Positions 40,449 to 51,546 are shown, counted from the first letter of the stretch. The stretch: 64,000 nucleotides of DNA from Sulfolobales archaeon (GCA_038841535.1 JAWBTQ010000001.1:160001-224000), one strand, 5' to 3'. Notes: generated by a model from the letters alone, not told the origin. Translations and numbers: made by a program.

Positions 40449-40946
40449 CTAAACTTCATAGAGAGACTTCAGCCCTGAGATCCTAAGGTGCATAGTATTG
40501 AATACTCCTATTACCGCTAGGTAGAGAAAAAGATCGACTACATACCAATCATCTTCTCCAGCAATACCCACTATAGTGAAAGGAGTCCAGCTTAACCTTA
40601 AAGGAGAATAGGGTGGAGGAACTCCGAGGAGGTACGATACGTAGCGGGTCACATAAATCATAGCTAAGACTCCAACCCATAATGTGACAAGGTTTATCCA
40701 CATTAACCCCCTCACGCTTTTATAGAGGCTGTCGTACCTAGCCTTAATCGTCCTCCACCTTTTCTGCTTACTTGGTGAAGTTTCCCGAAGCCTTAGAGCG
40801 ACATACTCAAGTTCTCGAAGTACTCTATCTAGCCTAACCTTCTTTATGTAGGCTCTAATGAGGAACGTTATAGGTAAAAGACAGACTAAGGGCAGAACTA
40901 TGTATACCATAAGACTAAGTATGACTAGAGCTAGGTTGCCGACCAT
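40449..40946 (-). CDS. EMC3/TMCO1 (DUF106)-like membrane protein
   Basis: TM-coil-TM-TM layout and position after adk; divergent sequence. Confidence 0.6.
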   Translation of the reverse strand: MVGNLALVILSLMVYIVLPLVCLLPITFLIRAYIKKVRLDRVLRELEYVALRLRETSPSKQKRWRTIKARYDSLYKSVRGLMWINLVTLWVGVLAMIYVTRYVSYLLGVPPPYSPLRLSWTPFTIVGIAGEDDWYVVDLFLYLAVIGVFNTMHLRISGLKSLYEV

Positions 40947-40948
40947 AC

Positions 40949-41548
40949 CTATATTTCCTCTACTACCTTAATGAATTCCTCAGCCGCTTTTTCGACACTT
41001 CCTTCACTGTTTTGTATGAAGCGGAGAGCGGCACCAGAGATTACTGAGCTCGCAATGGCATAGTATCGGTTTATTTGGAGAAGTTCCTCTATGGTCTCTC
41101 TAGATGATAAGTCAGCTCTGTATCTACCTGAATCCCGCAACTGCCTCGATATTATCTCGTCAGGACTGGCTTCAATAACTGCTATGACGCTCGGTTTAAG
41201 TTCTCTTAAGACGACCAGAGGTAGACCCGGCCAGTAGCCCAATCGAGTTTTAATTACTGCGTGTGTGTCTACTATACCAATTACACTATCTCCGGGCAGA
41301 GCCTCAAGCTCTCTGCGGATATCTCTAGCAGCTGCTTCTTGGGCTTCCAGCTGAGCAGTTAAGCTCAGACTCCTTATCTGGTCTCGGCTTTTAACTACTC
41401 CAGACTTTCTGAGGTAATTGAGCATGTAGTCACCGAAGTTTACTAGCCTTACTGTGTACCCCTTCTCAGATAGCTTTTTAGAGGCTACTGCTAAAACAGT
41501 GCTTTTCCCTACTCCCGGGATACCGACTACTACAACAACCCGTAGCAA
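40949..41548 (-). CDS. adkA: Adenylate kinase (archaeal type)
   Basis: GIPGVGKST, NFGD, DTHA, GYWPGLP. Confidence 0.95.
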   Translation of the reverse strand: MLRVVVVVGIPGVGKSTVLAVASKKLSEKGYTVRLVNFGDYMLNYLRKSGVVKSRDQIRSLSLTAQLEAQEAAARDIRRELEALPGDSVIGIVDTHAVIKTRLGYWPGLPLVVLRELKPSVIAVIEASPDEIISRQLRDSGRYRADLSSRETIEELLQINRYYAIASSVISGAALRFIQNSEGSVEKAAEEFIKVVEEI

Positions 41549-41550
41549 GG

Positions 41551-42966
41551 TTACTCTCCCACGAGCCTCCTGAGTACTGGGTACATTTCGAGGGCTTGCT
41601 CGTATGTTAGTGCTGTGTAGATCTGCTGGAGTATTCCTGCGGCAAGTAAGAGACCTATGCCCCCACCGTAAACGTTGAAGATATCTGCTACGATAGCTAG
41701 TGAGGCTACTATGATAGAGCTAAGCACGGCTAGCGGGTATACATATCTAGCAAGTACAGACTCGAGAGCCTTGGGATTGGACCTCATTCCGGGGATGCTT
41801 ATCCCAGACTTCACCAAGTTTTCCGCTTGACTTGCTGGACTTAATCCTCCTACTTCCACCCACATTAGTCCAAAGAGTACTGCTAGGCCAATGAGTACGG
41901 TAGCGTATATTACGGACCTTACTGGGTCGTATATCACGCCAAGAAGCCCCCTAGGGGGACTCAAGTACATTAGAACGCTGTTAAGAGCTCCACTTAGCCA
42001 CGGCAGCTGAGGTAAGTAAGCCTCAACCATGTTTCTTATCAGGAGTATGTTAGATATAACTATTCCTACGAGAAGAACCGGTATGTTAGATACGTAGAGA
42101 AAGTTTAGTGGGACTCTACCGCGAATCCCGGGAGCCCTCTGAATAGTAACAGGAACATTGATTTTCATTCCTTGTAGGTATATTATGATTATTAACAGCA
42201 TAAGTGTTGCTACCATACCCGTCAGTGATGGTAGCATAGCTGCCTCACCTCCAGCTAAGTACCCAGGTACGTACCCGTATAGTAACCTCCCTGTATCTAT
42301 CTCCCCACTTACAAGCCCGGTTATAATGTATGGAATTACACCGTAGCGGTAGCTTCTAGTAGAGCCACCTAGAGTGTATACCTGCACGCTAACTGGAGCA
42401 AATATGTCCCAGACGATGGTTCTAGCGACTCCAGCGAGTATGAATAGACTTACACCTGAGCCAATACCGTACCCCTTCTGTATAGACTCGTCAAGCATCA
42501 TCAGTATTAAGGCTCCTATGAAGAACTGTAGGGCAATAGAAACCGTTATGAAGACGTTCTGCCTGTAGGTTAGGGCAAATCCCGCGGCCTCCACTACTGC
42601 AATTATGAGTGCTAGTCCTTTCTCCGATTGAGTAAACTTCTTCCTATCATCTGGGTTAGTCAGGTCTAGCTCTATGAGCTTACCGCCCACTAAGACCTGA
42701 ATTATGAGACCTGCTGTTACAATTGGTCCAATACCCAATTGAGCCAAAGTCCCGGTAGTAGCAGCAAATACTACCTGCATTACGGCAGGAAGCTGAGGTC
42801 CAGCACCAGCTGTTGTAGGATAAACTGCTACGGAAGCCATAGCGTAGTATATAACTACAGCTGCTAAAGTAAACAAAAGTCTGTACTTTAAGTCAGGCCT
42901 TCTAGACGGCTTTGGGGCTGACGGAATTATGTCACCTAGCCGCGCGAGGAAATTTAGTACCCCCAT
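41551..42966 (-). CDS. secY: Preprotein translocase SecY
   Basis: LGIGPIVTAG, GIGSGVSLFI, YVSNIP, IPGMR. Confidence 0.97.
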   Translation of the reverse strand: MGVLNFLARLGDIIPSAPKPSRRPDLKYRLLFTLAAVVIYYAMASVAVYPTTAGAGPQLPAVMQVVFAATTGTLAQLGIGPIVTAGLIIQVLVGGKLIELDLTNPDDRKKFTQSEKGLALIIAVVEAAGFALTYRQNVFITVSIALQFFIGALILMMLDESIQKGYGIGSGVSLFILAGVARTIVWDIFAPVSVQVYTLGGSTRSYRYGVIPYIITGLVSGEIDTGRLLYGYVPGYLAGGEAAMLPSLTGMVATLMLLIIIIYLQGMKINVPVTIQRAPGIRGRVPLNFLYVSNIPVLLVGIVISNILLIRNMVEAYLPQLPWLSGALNSVLMYLSPPRGLLGVIYDPVRSVIYATVLIGLAVLFGLMWVEVGGLSPASQAENLVKSGISIPGMRSNPKALESVLARYVYPLAVLSSIIVASLAIVADIFNVYGGGIGLLLAAGILQQIYTALTYEQALEMYPVLRRLVGE

Positions 42967-43213
42967 CTACGACACACCATTCCTATTCCTTGCCTAGAAG
43001 TCAGTGAACTGGTAGCTTAAAAGCTATCCAATAGCTATAAGAAAACCCTCGCCAACTAACTACTTCCCATAAAAGGTAGTGCAACCATCAGCTGTAACCA
43101 CTAATTGTTTGCTTATTTATAGAAATGTAGCATAGCTCGTGTGAGCATCCTAAATTAGCTTAATTTAACTGTGAGGAAACTATTAAGTGCGGAACTAAAC
43201 TGGAATCGACTAC

Positions 43214-43672
43214 CTACTTCTCAGATTGCTTCTTTAGTATCGTTATTTCTCCACCAGCTTTACTTATCTTTTCTACAGCTTCTCTTGTTGCTTTGTATAC
43301 GACTACCTTGAGCTTTAGGTCTATCTCTCCTCGCCCAAGAAGCTTGTTGTATCCGAGAGTAGCTAAGTCGAGAACGTAGTGCTCTCCCTCTTTTTGTATC
43401 TCACCCCTAGATTCTAGGTATTTCACTAACTCACTCAACTCACCAACGTTGATGGTCCTATATTCCTCCCTAATCTTGATCGGGTAAGTAAATCCGTGTT
43501 TCCCATACCAGTTAGGGAAATACTTAACTACCCACGACCACTTATGTTTATGCATACCTGCTGCTCCTTTACCACCCCGACTACCGCTCTTTCTGTGCTG
43601 TCCTATACTGCCGTAGCCGTGAGTCCTTATACCGCGCATCGACCTGCTCTTCTTCTTCTTTCTCACCACCAT
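43214..43672 (-). CDS. rpl15: Ribosomal protein uL15
   Basis: RTHGYG..GQHR, GGKGAAG, KLLGRG. Confidence 0.96.
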   Translation of the reverse strand: MVVRKKKKSRSMRGIRTHGYGSIGQHRKSGSRGGKGAAGMHKHKWSWVVKYFPNWYGKHGFTYPIKIREEYRTINVGELSELVKYLESRGEIQKEGEHYVLDLATLGYNKLLGRGEIDLKLKVVVYKATREAVEKISKAGGEITILKKQSEK

Positions 43673-43685
43673 TCTGAACCACCTG

Positions 43686-44159
43686 CTATATGAGTCTAGT
43701 GAGAAGACTATTTATCTCCGCACCTCTATATCCAAGCTCTCCTCCAGATCCGTAAGGCTTCTTAACACTCCCCTTAAAGCCTCCGCGCGGTGGATGTAGC
43801 CTGAAGACTGGTTTCACGTAGTCTTCATACTGGTGCCACAAAATCCTCCCCTCGTATAAAGCACTCACTAACTCATCAACACTATCTACTCTGAACACTC
43901 TCTTTACGTCTTCTTCACTTATCGGTTTCCCTCCTACAACCCTACCCCTCTTCAAGATCAGCAACTTCAGTACGTCCCTACTGATCTCACCCCAAGTCAC
44001 CCAGTCCTTAACTACCTTCAGCATTCCCTCTAAACTCTCTGACTTCGGGTAGACCACGGCATGGAAGGGTTTTACAAGCCTCAGCAAGCGTAGAGCATGC
44101 TCAACATCTGTTGGTACGTCTGCAGTACCTCTTATCCTCACAATAGCGTAGAGCACCAT
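43686..44159 (-). CDS. rpl30: Ribosomal protein uL30
   Basis: IVRIRG, TWGEI, FRLHPPRGG. Confidence 0.96.
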   Translation of the reverse strand: MVLYAIVRIRGTADVPTDVEHALRLLRLVKPFHAVVYPKSESLEGMLKVVKDWVTWGEISRDVLKLLILKRGRVVGGKPISEEDVKRVFRVDSVDELVSALYEGRILWHQYEDYVKPVFRLHPPRGGFKGSVKKPYGSGGELGYRGAEINSLLTRLI

Positions 44160-44162
44160 ATT

Positions 44163-44801
44163 TCAGACACCTCTGCGCCAGTCAGTAGGAGCCATAAACT
44201 TATAGGTCCTTCTTAAAGCATCGTAAGCTGCTAAAGCAAAGTTGAGTGAAGTCCTAGTCTCGCCTTTAGACCATGTCCACACGTCTCTTATTCCAGCGTA
44301 CCTAAGAATCACTTTAGCTACATCTCCAGCAACTAGACCAGTACCCTTAGGAGCAGGCTTGAGAATCATTCTAATACTCCCAGCTTTCCCACTTATAGCA
44401 AATGGAACGCTGTGAGGCTCCTTGCAGGAGCACTCCCAGCTGCCACAACCCCTCCTCACTGGAACTATGTTTAGCTTTGCCTCTCTGATGGCCTTATCGA
44501 TAGCCTGCCTTAACTGCTTGGCTTTACCGATACCCACTCCAACGTAACCATCAAAATTCCCAACTACAACCATAACACGAAACCTTGACACCTCACCGGC
44601 ATCAGTCTGCTTCTGGACTATAGACACGTTGATAACTTCGTGCTTTAAGTCCGGCAGTAAATAGTCGACGATCTCGGGCTCCTGTATAAGCCAGTTGTTA
44701 TCGAATATCTCTCTAATACTAACAACCTTACCCTCCTTAACCATCATACCAAGCTTCGTCCTCGGCACCCACGACTCCAGGCCTGAACCAGTCTCAGACA
44801 C
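44163..44801 (-). CDS. rps5: Ribosomal protein uS5
   Basis: [22 protein letters not shown]. Confidence 0.97.
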   Translation of the reverse strand: MSETGSGLESWVPRTKLGMMVKEGKVVSIREIFDNNWLIQEPEIVDYLLPDLKHEVINVSIVQKQTDAGEVSRFRVMVVVGNFDGYVGVGIGKAKQLRQAIDKAIREAKLNIVPVRRGCGSWECSCKEPHSVPFAISGKAGSIRMILKPAPKGTGLVAGDVAKVILRYAGIRDVWTWSKGETRTSLNFALAAYDALRRTYKFMAPTDWRRGV

Positions 44802-44803
44802 GG

Positions 44804-45403
44804 CTAACCACCAGAAAAGGCTTTAACTATATTCGCCTTAACTTCGTCGAAGTGCTTCGGCAACTCACGTGGATCGAGCCCTCTCTCAAGGTATTCGGAG
44901 AATAGCTTCCTAAATCTATCCTCACTTTCAGTAAATAATGCTTCAGCATACTTTGCTATATGTTCTCCCCGTATTCTATCACCTGAAGGCAGTACTTCAT
45001 CAGATACTGGAACTTCGACACCTGCATCTCTCAGCCCCCTTACTGCGGCAAAGATGCGGCACCCTCTAACAGGTCTATGTAGTCCAATATCGAGAATAGC
45101 TCCTGTAATACCCATCTTCACTGCTTTAAGTCCCGCAATAAAACCCGTTAAGTAAGCAGCTGAACTGTTGTTGTAACCTCCCTTCCAACCGTACTTAGAT
45201 AGAGCTCTACTGTGTACAGCTACTCTCGTTACGTCTCCCTTAGGTGCGAACTCCATTATCTGCACTACTACGTAATTGTTAGTTTTTCTTACAACAGCCC
45301 TCACTTTTTGTCCGGACTTAACCATTCTGTACCTTCTGTAGTAGTTAGTTTTACCCTCTCTCCTCCTTCTGAGAGGAACCTTGTAGCTAGCACCTCTAGC
45401 CAT
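44804..45403 (-). CDS. rpl18: Ribosomal protein uL18
   Basis: [21 protein letters not shown]. Confidence 0.97.
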   Translation of the reverse strand: MARGASYKVPLRRRREGKTNYYRRYRMVKSGQKVRAVVRKTNNYVVVQIMEFAPKGDVTRVAVHSRALSKYGWKGGYNNSSAAYLTGFIAGLKAVKMGITGAILDIGLHRPVRGCRIFAAVRGLRDAGVEVPVSDEVLPSGDRIRGEHIAKYAEALFTESEDRFRKLFSEYLERGLDPRELPKHFDEVKANIVKAFSGG

Positions 45404-45404
45404 A

Positions 45405-45860
45405 CTATCTCACCTGTATACCCATAGCTACCAAATGCCTCTTGAGGTCCGGTAAGTTCTTAAAGGCCCCTCCCTTAGCTAGTCTGTAAAGTCTTCTATA
45501 TGTCGCAGTATCTATGACCTCGTTATCCCTAAGCCACTTAATAAACCTTCTGACTTTTCTTATGGTTTTAACCCACTTCTCGCGAGGTTCTTCTCTCGCA
45601 CCTTTAGCTCCCTTTCTCTTGCCAGGACCTCTTCTATGACCCCTCTTCCTCTTTTCGTGTCTCTCCTTCCACCTCCCTCTTGAGTTTCTTCCGGAGGGTT
45701 CGACCCATATCACACCTTCTTTAACTAACTTCCTTACATCCTCCTTGGTTAGTGCTGACTCTATATCAGCAACCCTCTCTGGATCAAACTTGACCCTGTT
45801 CTCTCCTACCTTCAGTATCTCAGCAGCCAGTCTCCTCTGCAGTGTTAGGTCCACCATCAC
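45405..45860 (-). CDS. rpl19e: Ribosomal protein eL19
   Basis: [19 protein letters not shown]. Confidence 0.97.
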   Translation of the reverse strand: MMVDLTLQRRLAAEILKVGENRVKFDPERVADIESALTKEDVRKLVKEGVIWVEPSGRNSRGRWKERHEKRKRGHRRGPGKRKGAKGAREEPREKWVKTIRKVRRFIKWLRDNEVIDTATYRRLYRLAKGGAFKNLPDLKRHLVAMGIQVR

Positions 45861-46249
45861 GCACCACCTGGATTAGCTACTCGGAACCCCATCTCCTGAG
45901 CCTTTCTAACTATCTCTAACCTCTTTCTTAGTCCTACGGTAGAGCTAATATAGACTATGTTCCTTGACGGATCTAATCCACTAAGGTCTCTCAAACTACT
46001 AACCACTGCTGGCTCAAGACCTGACGGATGAAGACCTCTAATGGCTGCTGGTGTCCCATATCCAGATGAAGCTATTGGGGGGAGGCCTTTGAGTCTTAAC
46101 CTCATCGGGTTATCCTTACCTCTCGGCCTCCTCCACTTTGGGTCATTTCTGAATTTAGAGAACTTCCACCACTTGTTTCTATAGAAACGCAGCTTTAACT
46201 TTTTCTCGATTAGCTTCTTAGCCTCGTCTGAACTTAGCGTGCTACCCAC
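45857..46249 (-). CDS. rpl32e: Ribosomal protein eL32
   Basis: WRRPRGKDN, GLHPSG. Start moved to the GTG after the rpl6 stop. Confidence 0.95.
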   Translation of the reverse strand: MGSTLSSDEAKKLIEKKLKLRFYRNKWWKFSKFRNDPKWRRPRGKDNPMRLRLKGLPPIASSGYGTPAAIRGLHPSGLEPAVVSSLRDLSGLDPSRNIVYISSTVGLRKRLEIVRKAQEMGFRVANPGGA

Positions 46250-46259
46250 TACCACCACC

Positions 46260-46814
46260 TCAATCAGCGTAACCTCTTTCGTAAATGTATATCCCGTCGA
46301 CAAAAACCCTTCTATCGAACTCTCTTATCTTAGTCGCTTGCTCTATGTTAGCAGCTGTTTGAGCTACTGCCTCGAGGTCGCATCCTTCTACAGTAACGTC
46401 AGTCTTACCTACCGTAACTTTCACGTTCCCCATTATTCTAGCTACTCTAGGTGCTCTCTCCCCGATGAAGTTCTCGATAAACACCTTATCGCCCTCTACT
46501 CTAACAGTTACCGGGAAGTGAGAGTACACTATCTTGAGCTTGTATCTATAGCCCTTAGTAACACCATCCAGCATGTTCTTAATGTGAGACATTATCGAGT
46601 AAAACTGTGCCTTCAGCTCTCTATCTGCAAAGTACGCCTCAAGAACTACAGCTCCTCCCTCAATCCTTATCACCATCCCTCTTGCGTAGCTGAAGTCCCT
46701 CTCGACTACTCCCTTAGGTCCCCTCACACGTACTTTCTTCCCTTCTAGTTCTACGCTAACTCCAACCGGAATAACTATCTCCTCCCTCAGTCTAACAGCC
46801 CGAGCCATTAGCAT
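46260..46814 (-). CDS. rpl6: Ribosomal protein uL6
   Basis: GPKG, YSHFP, NFIGE, DRRVFVDGIY. Confidence 0.97.
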   Translation of the reverse strand: MLMARAVRLREEIVIPVGVSVELEGKKVRVRGPKGVVERDFSYARGMVIRIEGGAVVLEAYFADRELKAQFYSIMSHIKNMLDGVTKGYRYKLKIVYSHFPVTVRVEGDKVFIENFIGERAPRVARIMGNVKVTVGKTDVTVEGCDLEAVAQTAANIEQATKIREFDRRVFVDGIYIYERGYAD

Positions 46815-46817
46815 CCC

Positions 46818-47219
46818 CTAGTAGACATACGCTATTAGCACACCACCGATTCTTCTCTCTATAGCCTCTATATGCGATATCACTCCCTGGGACGTAGAAA
46901 GCACTAATATACCTATATCACGAGACGGTAAGTAACTTTTTAGCCAATCCGGCATCCTCAGCAAATCTACGTACTTAACTGAGTACCTTGGCTTAATGGC
47001 TCCACACTTATTTATTCTACCCAAGAGCTGTATCTTAAGCTTTCCCCACCTCCCGTCATCGATGTGCTCGAACTCCCCTATGTAACCATATCTCTGCATT
47101 ACTCTAAGAACTGACGCTACTAACTTTGAAGACGGCATCAACAGAGCCTCCCGATTGCCTCTCATTTCGTTATTGTATATCGTTGATAGAGCGTTTGCGA
47201 GAGTGTCCACCGACACCAT
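46818..47219 (-). CDS. rps8: Ribosomal protein uS8
   Basis: [19 protein letters not shown]. Confidence 0.97.
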   Translation of the reverse strand: MVSVDTLANALSTIYNNEMRGNREALLMPSSKLVASVLRVMQRYGYIGEFEHIDDGRWGKLKIQLLGRINKCGAIKPRYSVKYVDLLRMPDWLKSYLPSRDIGILVLSTSQGVISHIEAIERRIGGVLIAYVY

Positions 47220-47228
47220 AGTCTCACC

Positions 47229-47393
47229 TTACATGTACTTCTTAAACCCGAGCTGCATTGCTACCTCCCTAAAGCACTGCCTACATAGATAAAGACCGTA
47301 CTTCTGTATTACCGCATCACGACTACCACACCTCCTACACACTTGAACTCCCTTTCCATACCTCCTAACTATGGGCCTCCGGTACTTACCCAA
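47229..47393 (-). CDS. rps14: Ribosomal protein uS14
   Basis: CRRCG...KYGLYLCRQCFRE; TTG start. Confidence 0.96.
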   Translation of the reverse strand: MGKYRRPIVRRYGKGVQVCRRCGSRDAVIQKYGLYLCRQCFREVAMQLGFKKYM

Positions 47394-47958
47394 AACCGAC
47401 CACCTTAACACCCAGCTTAGACATGAAGAACACTACTGCTTCTTCTCTACTTACCCTATGCCTTCTAGGTATGTTAGACCTACATCTCCGTCTCCTCATA
47501 ACTCTGTAGCCGGGCCTCTCCAGCTTTACTGTTACATCCATTCCGAAGATTCCTATATCTGGGTCATACTTTGATCCGGGGAGCACTATATGCTCCTTTA
47601 TACCAAAAGAAACGTTGCCGTAGTCATCAAAACTTGAGTACTTGATCCTGCGACCAATAGCGGTTAGCGCTTTATCGAGAAACTCCATAGCTCTAGGACC
47701 GCGAAGTGTGACAGCTACTGCTATAGGCTCGCCTTTCTTTATGTTGAATTCTTTAATAGTTCTCTTAGCTCTCCTAAGAGATGGTTTCTGCCCTACCAAT
47801 TGCTCAAGCAGTCTAGTCGCCCTCTCTAGCCTCTCACCAGAAACCCCAACACCCATGTTAATAACGACTTTAGCTACTCTAGGCTCGAGCATCTTGTTAG
47901 AGGCCCACTTACTAGTAAGCTCTCTCACTCTTTCTTCCACAGCTTCCATCATCGTCAC
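47386..47958 (-). CDS. rpl5: Ribosomal protein uL5
   Basis: KVVINMG, VTLRG, YDPDIGIFGMD. Confidence 0.97.
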   Translation of the reverse strand: MTMMEAVEERVRELTSKWASNKMLEPRVAKVVINMGVGVSGERLERATRLLEQLVGQKPSLRRAKRTIKEFNIKKGEPIAVAVTLRGPRAMEFLDKALTAIGRRIKYSSFDDYGNVSFGIKEHIVLPGSKYDPDIGIFGMDVTVKLERPGYRVMRRRRCRSNIPRRHRVSREEAVVFFMSKLGVKVVGFG

Positions 47959-48713
47959 CTCATCCCACCACTCTTTACAGTCGCGGGCAGGGCGATTTCT
48001 GGCTTCTCGATACCGACTACGAACACCTTATCTAGCGATGTATAGAAACTGCCTCCGGTGACGTCCTCTAAGAGGACTAGTTTCCTATAGTGGCGCATGC
48101 CTTCACTCACGCTTAAGACTCTGCCGACTCTACCTACGTTCATACCGCCCACTATTGTCGCAAGAACTCCCTTCTCTATCGGAATGTAACCCAGCAACCT
48201 GTAGTCAGGAATAGAGACTTTTAATACTGACATCGTAGTGAGCTTCTTTGCCTCCTCGTTTGAGACTTCCACGTTCTTACCGTCATGTAGGTTTAACTGG
48301 ACTTTCCCTCCCTTGAGGGTGGTCTTGTTTTCGATTCTGCACAACTTAAACAATGCCTCCTCTTTCGATATCGGAATAAGCGCTAAAACCTTTACGGGTA
48401 CTGGGACTATCCTAAACAACTCTCCTGTATCTACTATCTCTAAAACATCCATTAAACCTACTGGGAACTTGTAATCACGCCTAACGCGGCCATCTACCTT
48501 AAAGTGCCCCTCAGCTATCAGCTTTCTAGCTTCCCTATAGGTCTTTGCGTATCCAATGACATCTCTAATTACAATTAGTAGCGGGAGCGCTCTACTTACT
48601 GGGTGTGGACCGGGAGACGGTCTAACAGTCCACATCGCCTCCTTTCTCAACAAAGGCCAGAAATCTGGGGCAGCTAATCTCTTCAGGTGCCTACTACCTC
48701 CCATCCTACCCAC
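47955..48713 (-). CDS. rps4e: Ribosomal protein eS4
   Basis: HLKRLAAP, PGPH, FPVGLMD, LHDG. Confidence 0.97.
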   Translation of the reverse strand: MGRMGGSRHLKRLAAPDFWPLLRKEAMWTVRPSPGPHPVSRALPLLIVIRDVIGYAKTYREARKLIAEGHFKVDGRVRRDYKFPVGLMDVLEIVDTGELFRIVPVPVKVLALIPISKEEALFKLCRIENKTTLKGGKVQLNLHDGKNVEVSNEEAKKLTTMSVLKVSIPDYRLLGYIPIEKGVLATIVGGMNVGRVGRVLSVSEGMRHYRKLVLLEDVTGGSFYTSLDKVFVVGIEKPEIALPATVKSGGMR

Positions 48714-49111
48714 TACTTACCACCTCCTGAAGTCTCCTTCCTTCTCTCTATAATCTTTTCTCTTACCTTATCTACCTTACCGAGCTTCATTATCACTACC
48801 TTAGAGGGGTGTACAGGGTAAGGCACGGGGGTACCGTCAGCTTTCTTGATTGTTATTCCTTCAATATATATCCTAACTCTCTTGAGGTCGACTCTTAAGA
48901 CCTTCCCCTCGTGGCCAGCCCAGTCCCCTCTAACAACTCTAACTACGTCATCCTTTCTGACCGGTAACCTCTCAACTCCGTACTCCTTCTCAAGGTCTTC
49001 CGAGAGGGGGGCATTAAAGTACCTGTGCTTAGAATGTAAGTAGGCCTTAAAGAAAGCCAACCTCTGTTTACGGGGTTGCTTACTGATATCTCGTGTCACC
49101 ATAGCTATCAC
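48713..49111 (-). CDS. rpl24: Ribosomal protein uL24
   Basis: SKQPRKQR, KOW motif, HPSKV. Confidence 0.96.
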   Translation of the reverse strand: MIAMVTRDISKQPRKQRLAFFKAYLHSKHRYFNAPLSEDLEKEYGVERLPVRKDDVVRVVRGDWAGHEGKVLRVDLKRVRIYIEGITIKKADGTPVPYPVHPSKVVIMKLGKVDKVREKIIERRKETSGGGK

Positions 49112-49112
49112 C

Positions 49113-49532
49113 CTAGACCACGAGTGTCGCTAAGTTGGCTATCCCCGGCCATCTCTCAGCAGCCTCCCTCGCGACCGGCCCTCTTATTTCACTACCCTTA
49201 GGGTTGCCCTCAGGTGTAACTATAACGCACGCGTTATCTTCGAACGCTATCCAGCTTCCATCTGGTCTCCTATAGGGCTTGCGCTGCCTAATAACTACTG
49301 CCTGCATCACCTGGCCGATGAGCTCTGTTTTACCTCGTTTAACTGTCACTACGATTAGGTCCCCCACCGTAGCGAAGGGAACTCTCCTCAACCTCGTTTT
49401 AACTCCTGTTGCACCTACCATCATCACTTCTTTAGCACCGCTGTTATCTGCCACATTAAGTCTAGTTCCGTTAATGATTCCCGGGGACCTTCCTAATCTA
49501 CTAAACCTAGCTGTAGACTTCACTGAGCTCAT
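49113..49532 (-). CDS. rpl14: Ribosomal protein uL14
   Basis: [20 protein letters not shown]. Confidence 0.97.
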   Translation of the reverse strand: MSSVKSTARFSRLGRSPGIINGTRLNVADNSGAKEVMMVGATGVKTRLRRVPFATVGDLIVVTVKRGKTELIGQVMQAVVIRQRKPYRRPDGSWIAFEDNACVIVTPEGNPKGSEIRGPVAREAAERWPGIANLATLVV

Positions 49533-49891
49533 TCAGTGCCACCCCTACGGAGTGCCCCCAGAACTACCCAGGAAACTGATTTAGCGAGAGGTCTTGTTTC
49601 ACCTATTAGAACCATGTCCCCTGGAGAGACCTTTATACAGGGGGGTAGGTACGCATGTATCCTAGACCTACGCTTCTCGTACCTGCGGAACTTTCCAATA
49701 TAGACCAAGTAGTCTCTCTCGATTACAACCATTCTCTGCGCTCTTGTTTTGTAAACTCTGCCTTCTAATAAACCACCACGAACCTTTAGATGACCGTGCC
49801 ATGGGCATTTCGGGTCAGAGCACGCCTCTTGTGGAGGATTAAGCCCCTTATAGCCTATCCCAACGTTATTTACTTTAACTCCCTCACTCAT
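49529..49891 (-). CDS. rps17: Ribosomal protein uS17
   Basis: [24 protein letters not shown]. Confidence 0.96.
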   Translation of the reverse strand: MSEGVKVNNVGIGYKGLNPPQEACSDPKCPWHGHLKVRGGLLEGRVYKTRAQRMVVIERDYLVYIGKFRRYEKRRSRIHAYLPPCIKVSPGDMVLIGETRPLAKSVSWVVLGALRRGGTE

Positions 49892-49896
49892 ATCCC

Positions 49897-50172
49897 TCAC
49901 CAACACATTTTAACCCTTTCCTCAGGATTATCGAGGATCTCCTCACCTTCAACTATCACTAAGCTATCTGAACTAGGTAGCTTAAAAGAAAATCTTCCGA
50001 ACCTTTTTGAAACTTTGAACTCGCGATCCGAAGCCTCCACAACCAGCATGTTCTTTGTTTCCCAGACAACTAACCCGCTAAGTCCCTCAAGTCGTTTGTC
50101 ACTGTGCTCTAACACACTTACTTCCAAACCTATCAGCTCATGGCATTTGAGGTTGTTCCTGGAATACCTCAC
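49897..50172 (-). CDS. rnp1: RNase P protein component 1 (Rpp29)
   Basis: HELIGL, ETKNML, PEER; conserved position in the cluster. Confidence 0.92.
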   Translation of the reverse strand: MRYSRNNLKCHELIGLEVSVLEHSDKRLEGLSGLVVWETKNMLVVEASDREFKVSKRFGRFSFKLPSSDSLVIVEGEEILDNPEERVKMCW

Positions 50173-50378
50173 TTGCTAACACCTCTTGCGCGTTCCTCGT
50201 TGAGGACCGTAAGAATGCGGGCTATATTCTTTCTTACTATCCTTATTCTCGCAGTATTCGTCAATGTCCCCACTCTAGCCTGAGTCCTCAGCTTCAGCAG
50301 TTCCATTCTAAGCTCGCTAAGTAGCTTAACCCTATCCTCTGCACTCATTTCCCGTATTTCTCTTGCCGATAAACTCAC
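50169..50378 (-). CDS. rpl29: Ribosomal protein uL29
   Basis: EIREMS, RKNIARILT. Confidence 0.96.
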   Translation of the reverse strand: MSLSAREIREMSAEDRVKLLSELRMELLKLRTQARVGTLTNTARIRIVRKNIARILTVLNEERARGVSK

Positions 50379-51022
50379 TTAACACCACCCTCAGCTCCCT
50401 GAAGCACCTGCGGTGAAGCTTCCTGAGTCTGGGTTTTAATAACAACAAGGTCGTCGGGAGTACCTGGCTTGACTATGATTACCTCAATGCCGTAAATCCC
50501 GGGCTTTAGAAGAACACTCGATATAGCTCTATCAACAAGTCTATCAGAGTGTCCTCCTGTCTTGTATACTTTACCGGCCTTGACCTTCTCGTACCTTGCT
50601 CTCTCGGAAGTCAGCTTGCCACTGATTACTATCTCACAACCGACAGCCCCAGCAGCCATTATCCTTCTGAGGGCAACAAATGCGGCGCGCCTGAAGTGAT
50701 AACCCTTCTCAAGAGCTAGAGCTATTCTAGATGCCATAACCCTAGCACTAAGCTCCGGAACTTCGAGGCCAGTCACAGTAATCTGCGGGTTTTCCAACTT
50801 GAAGTACTTAGAAAGAAGGTCGGCCAGTTTTTTAATCTGCTGACCTCTTCTACCTATGACCATAGCTGGTCTATCAGCATATATGATTACTCTATCACCA
50901 AGAGGAGTTCTAAAGAGGTCGACACCAACATATCCGGCCTTAGAGAGCGTTTTAGCAAGGTACTCATCGATTTTCAGTCTGGTGACATTCATTTCTAGAA
51001 AGTACTTCTTTATGTCTACCAC
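50375..51022 (-). CDS. rps3: Ribosomal protein uS3
   Basis: KH domain VIGRRG, GCEIVISGKL. Confidence 0.97.
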   Translation of the reverse strand: MVDIKKYFLEMNVTRLKIDEYLAKTLSKAGYVGVDLFRTPLGDRVIIYADRPAMVIGRRGQQIKKLADLLSKYFKLENPQITVTGLEVPELSARVMASRIALALEKGYHFRRAAFVALRRIMAAGAVGCEIVISGKLTSERARYEKVKAGKVYKTGGHSDRLVDRAISSVLLKPGIYGIEVIIVKPGTPDDLVVIKTQTQEASPQVLQGAEGGVK

Positions 51023-51025
51023 AGA

Positions 51026-51517
51026 TTACACCTCCTCCACCATAACCTCGACGTGAGTCAGTGACCTGAACTTAGGTGTCGCTCGCCCAAAGGCTCTCGG
51101 CATCCACCTCTTTAAGTAAGGACCTCTATGTACTGCTGCGTGTATAATTACCAACCTCTCTAGGTCTAACCCCTTCGACTCCGCGTTATTCTCTAAATTA
51201 CTAAGAAGCTTAAGAATATACTTTGCCGTTTTTACGGGATATCTCCCGATAGGCGAGCTCCACTTAGGAAAACTATCTGAAAGACCTGGTTTGTGCGCGA
51301 TTGAAAGCTTATGCCTTGTGTAAGGTACTGCCCTCTTCATAGCAATAATATCCTCAAGAAACTTCTTGGCTTCACTGAGCTTCATACCTCTCAATATTTT
51401 AAGTATCTCGTAGGCTTCCTTCCTAGATATCGGTGCATCCCACATCATAGCTTTCGCTACTCGCGACTCGTCCCGCAACTTTAGCGAGTAGCTCCATACC
51501 GGCATACTCCAGACCAA
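51026..51517 (-). CDS. rpl22: Ribosomal protein uL22
   Basis: GRYPVK, NNAE, PRAFGRA. Start at 51517 (TTG) or 51505 (ATG). Confidence 0.97.
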   Translation of the reverse strand: MVWSMPVWSYSLKLRDESRVAKAMMWDAPISRKEAYEILKILRGMKLSEAKKFLEDIIAMKRAVPYTRHKLSIAHKPGLSDSFPKWSSPIGRYPVKTAKYILKLLSNLENNAESKGLDLERLVIIHAAVHRGPYLKRWMPRAFGRATPKFRSLTHVEVMVEEV

Positions 51518-51538
51518 ACCTTAATGTTCGGACTAAGC

Positions 51539-51546
51539 CTTATAAG
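51539..51546 (-). promoter_or_regulatory. Putative TATA box giving the rpl22 cluster its own promoter
   Basis: cttataag about 22 nt upstream of the TTG at 51517. Confidence 0.55.

Noticed and set aside
42967-43213. Insertion or ncRNA between rpl15 and secY
   Set aside because: AT-rich, with TATA-like boxes but no stable structure or homology to the other elements; most simply a secY promoter region.
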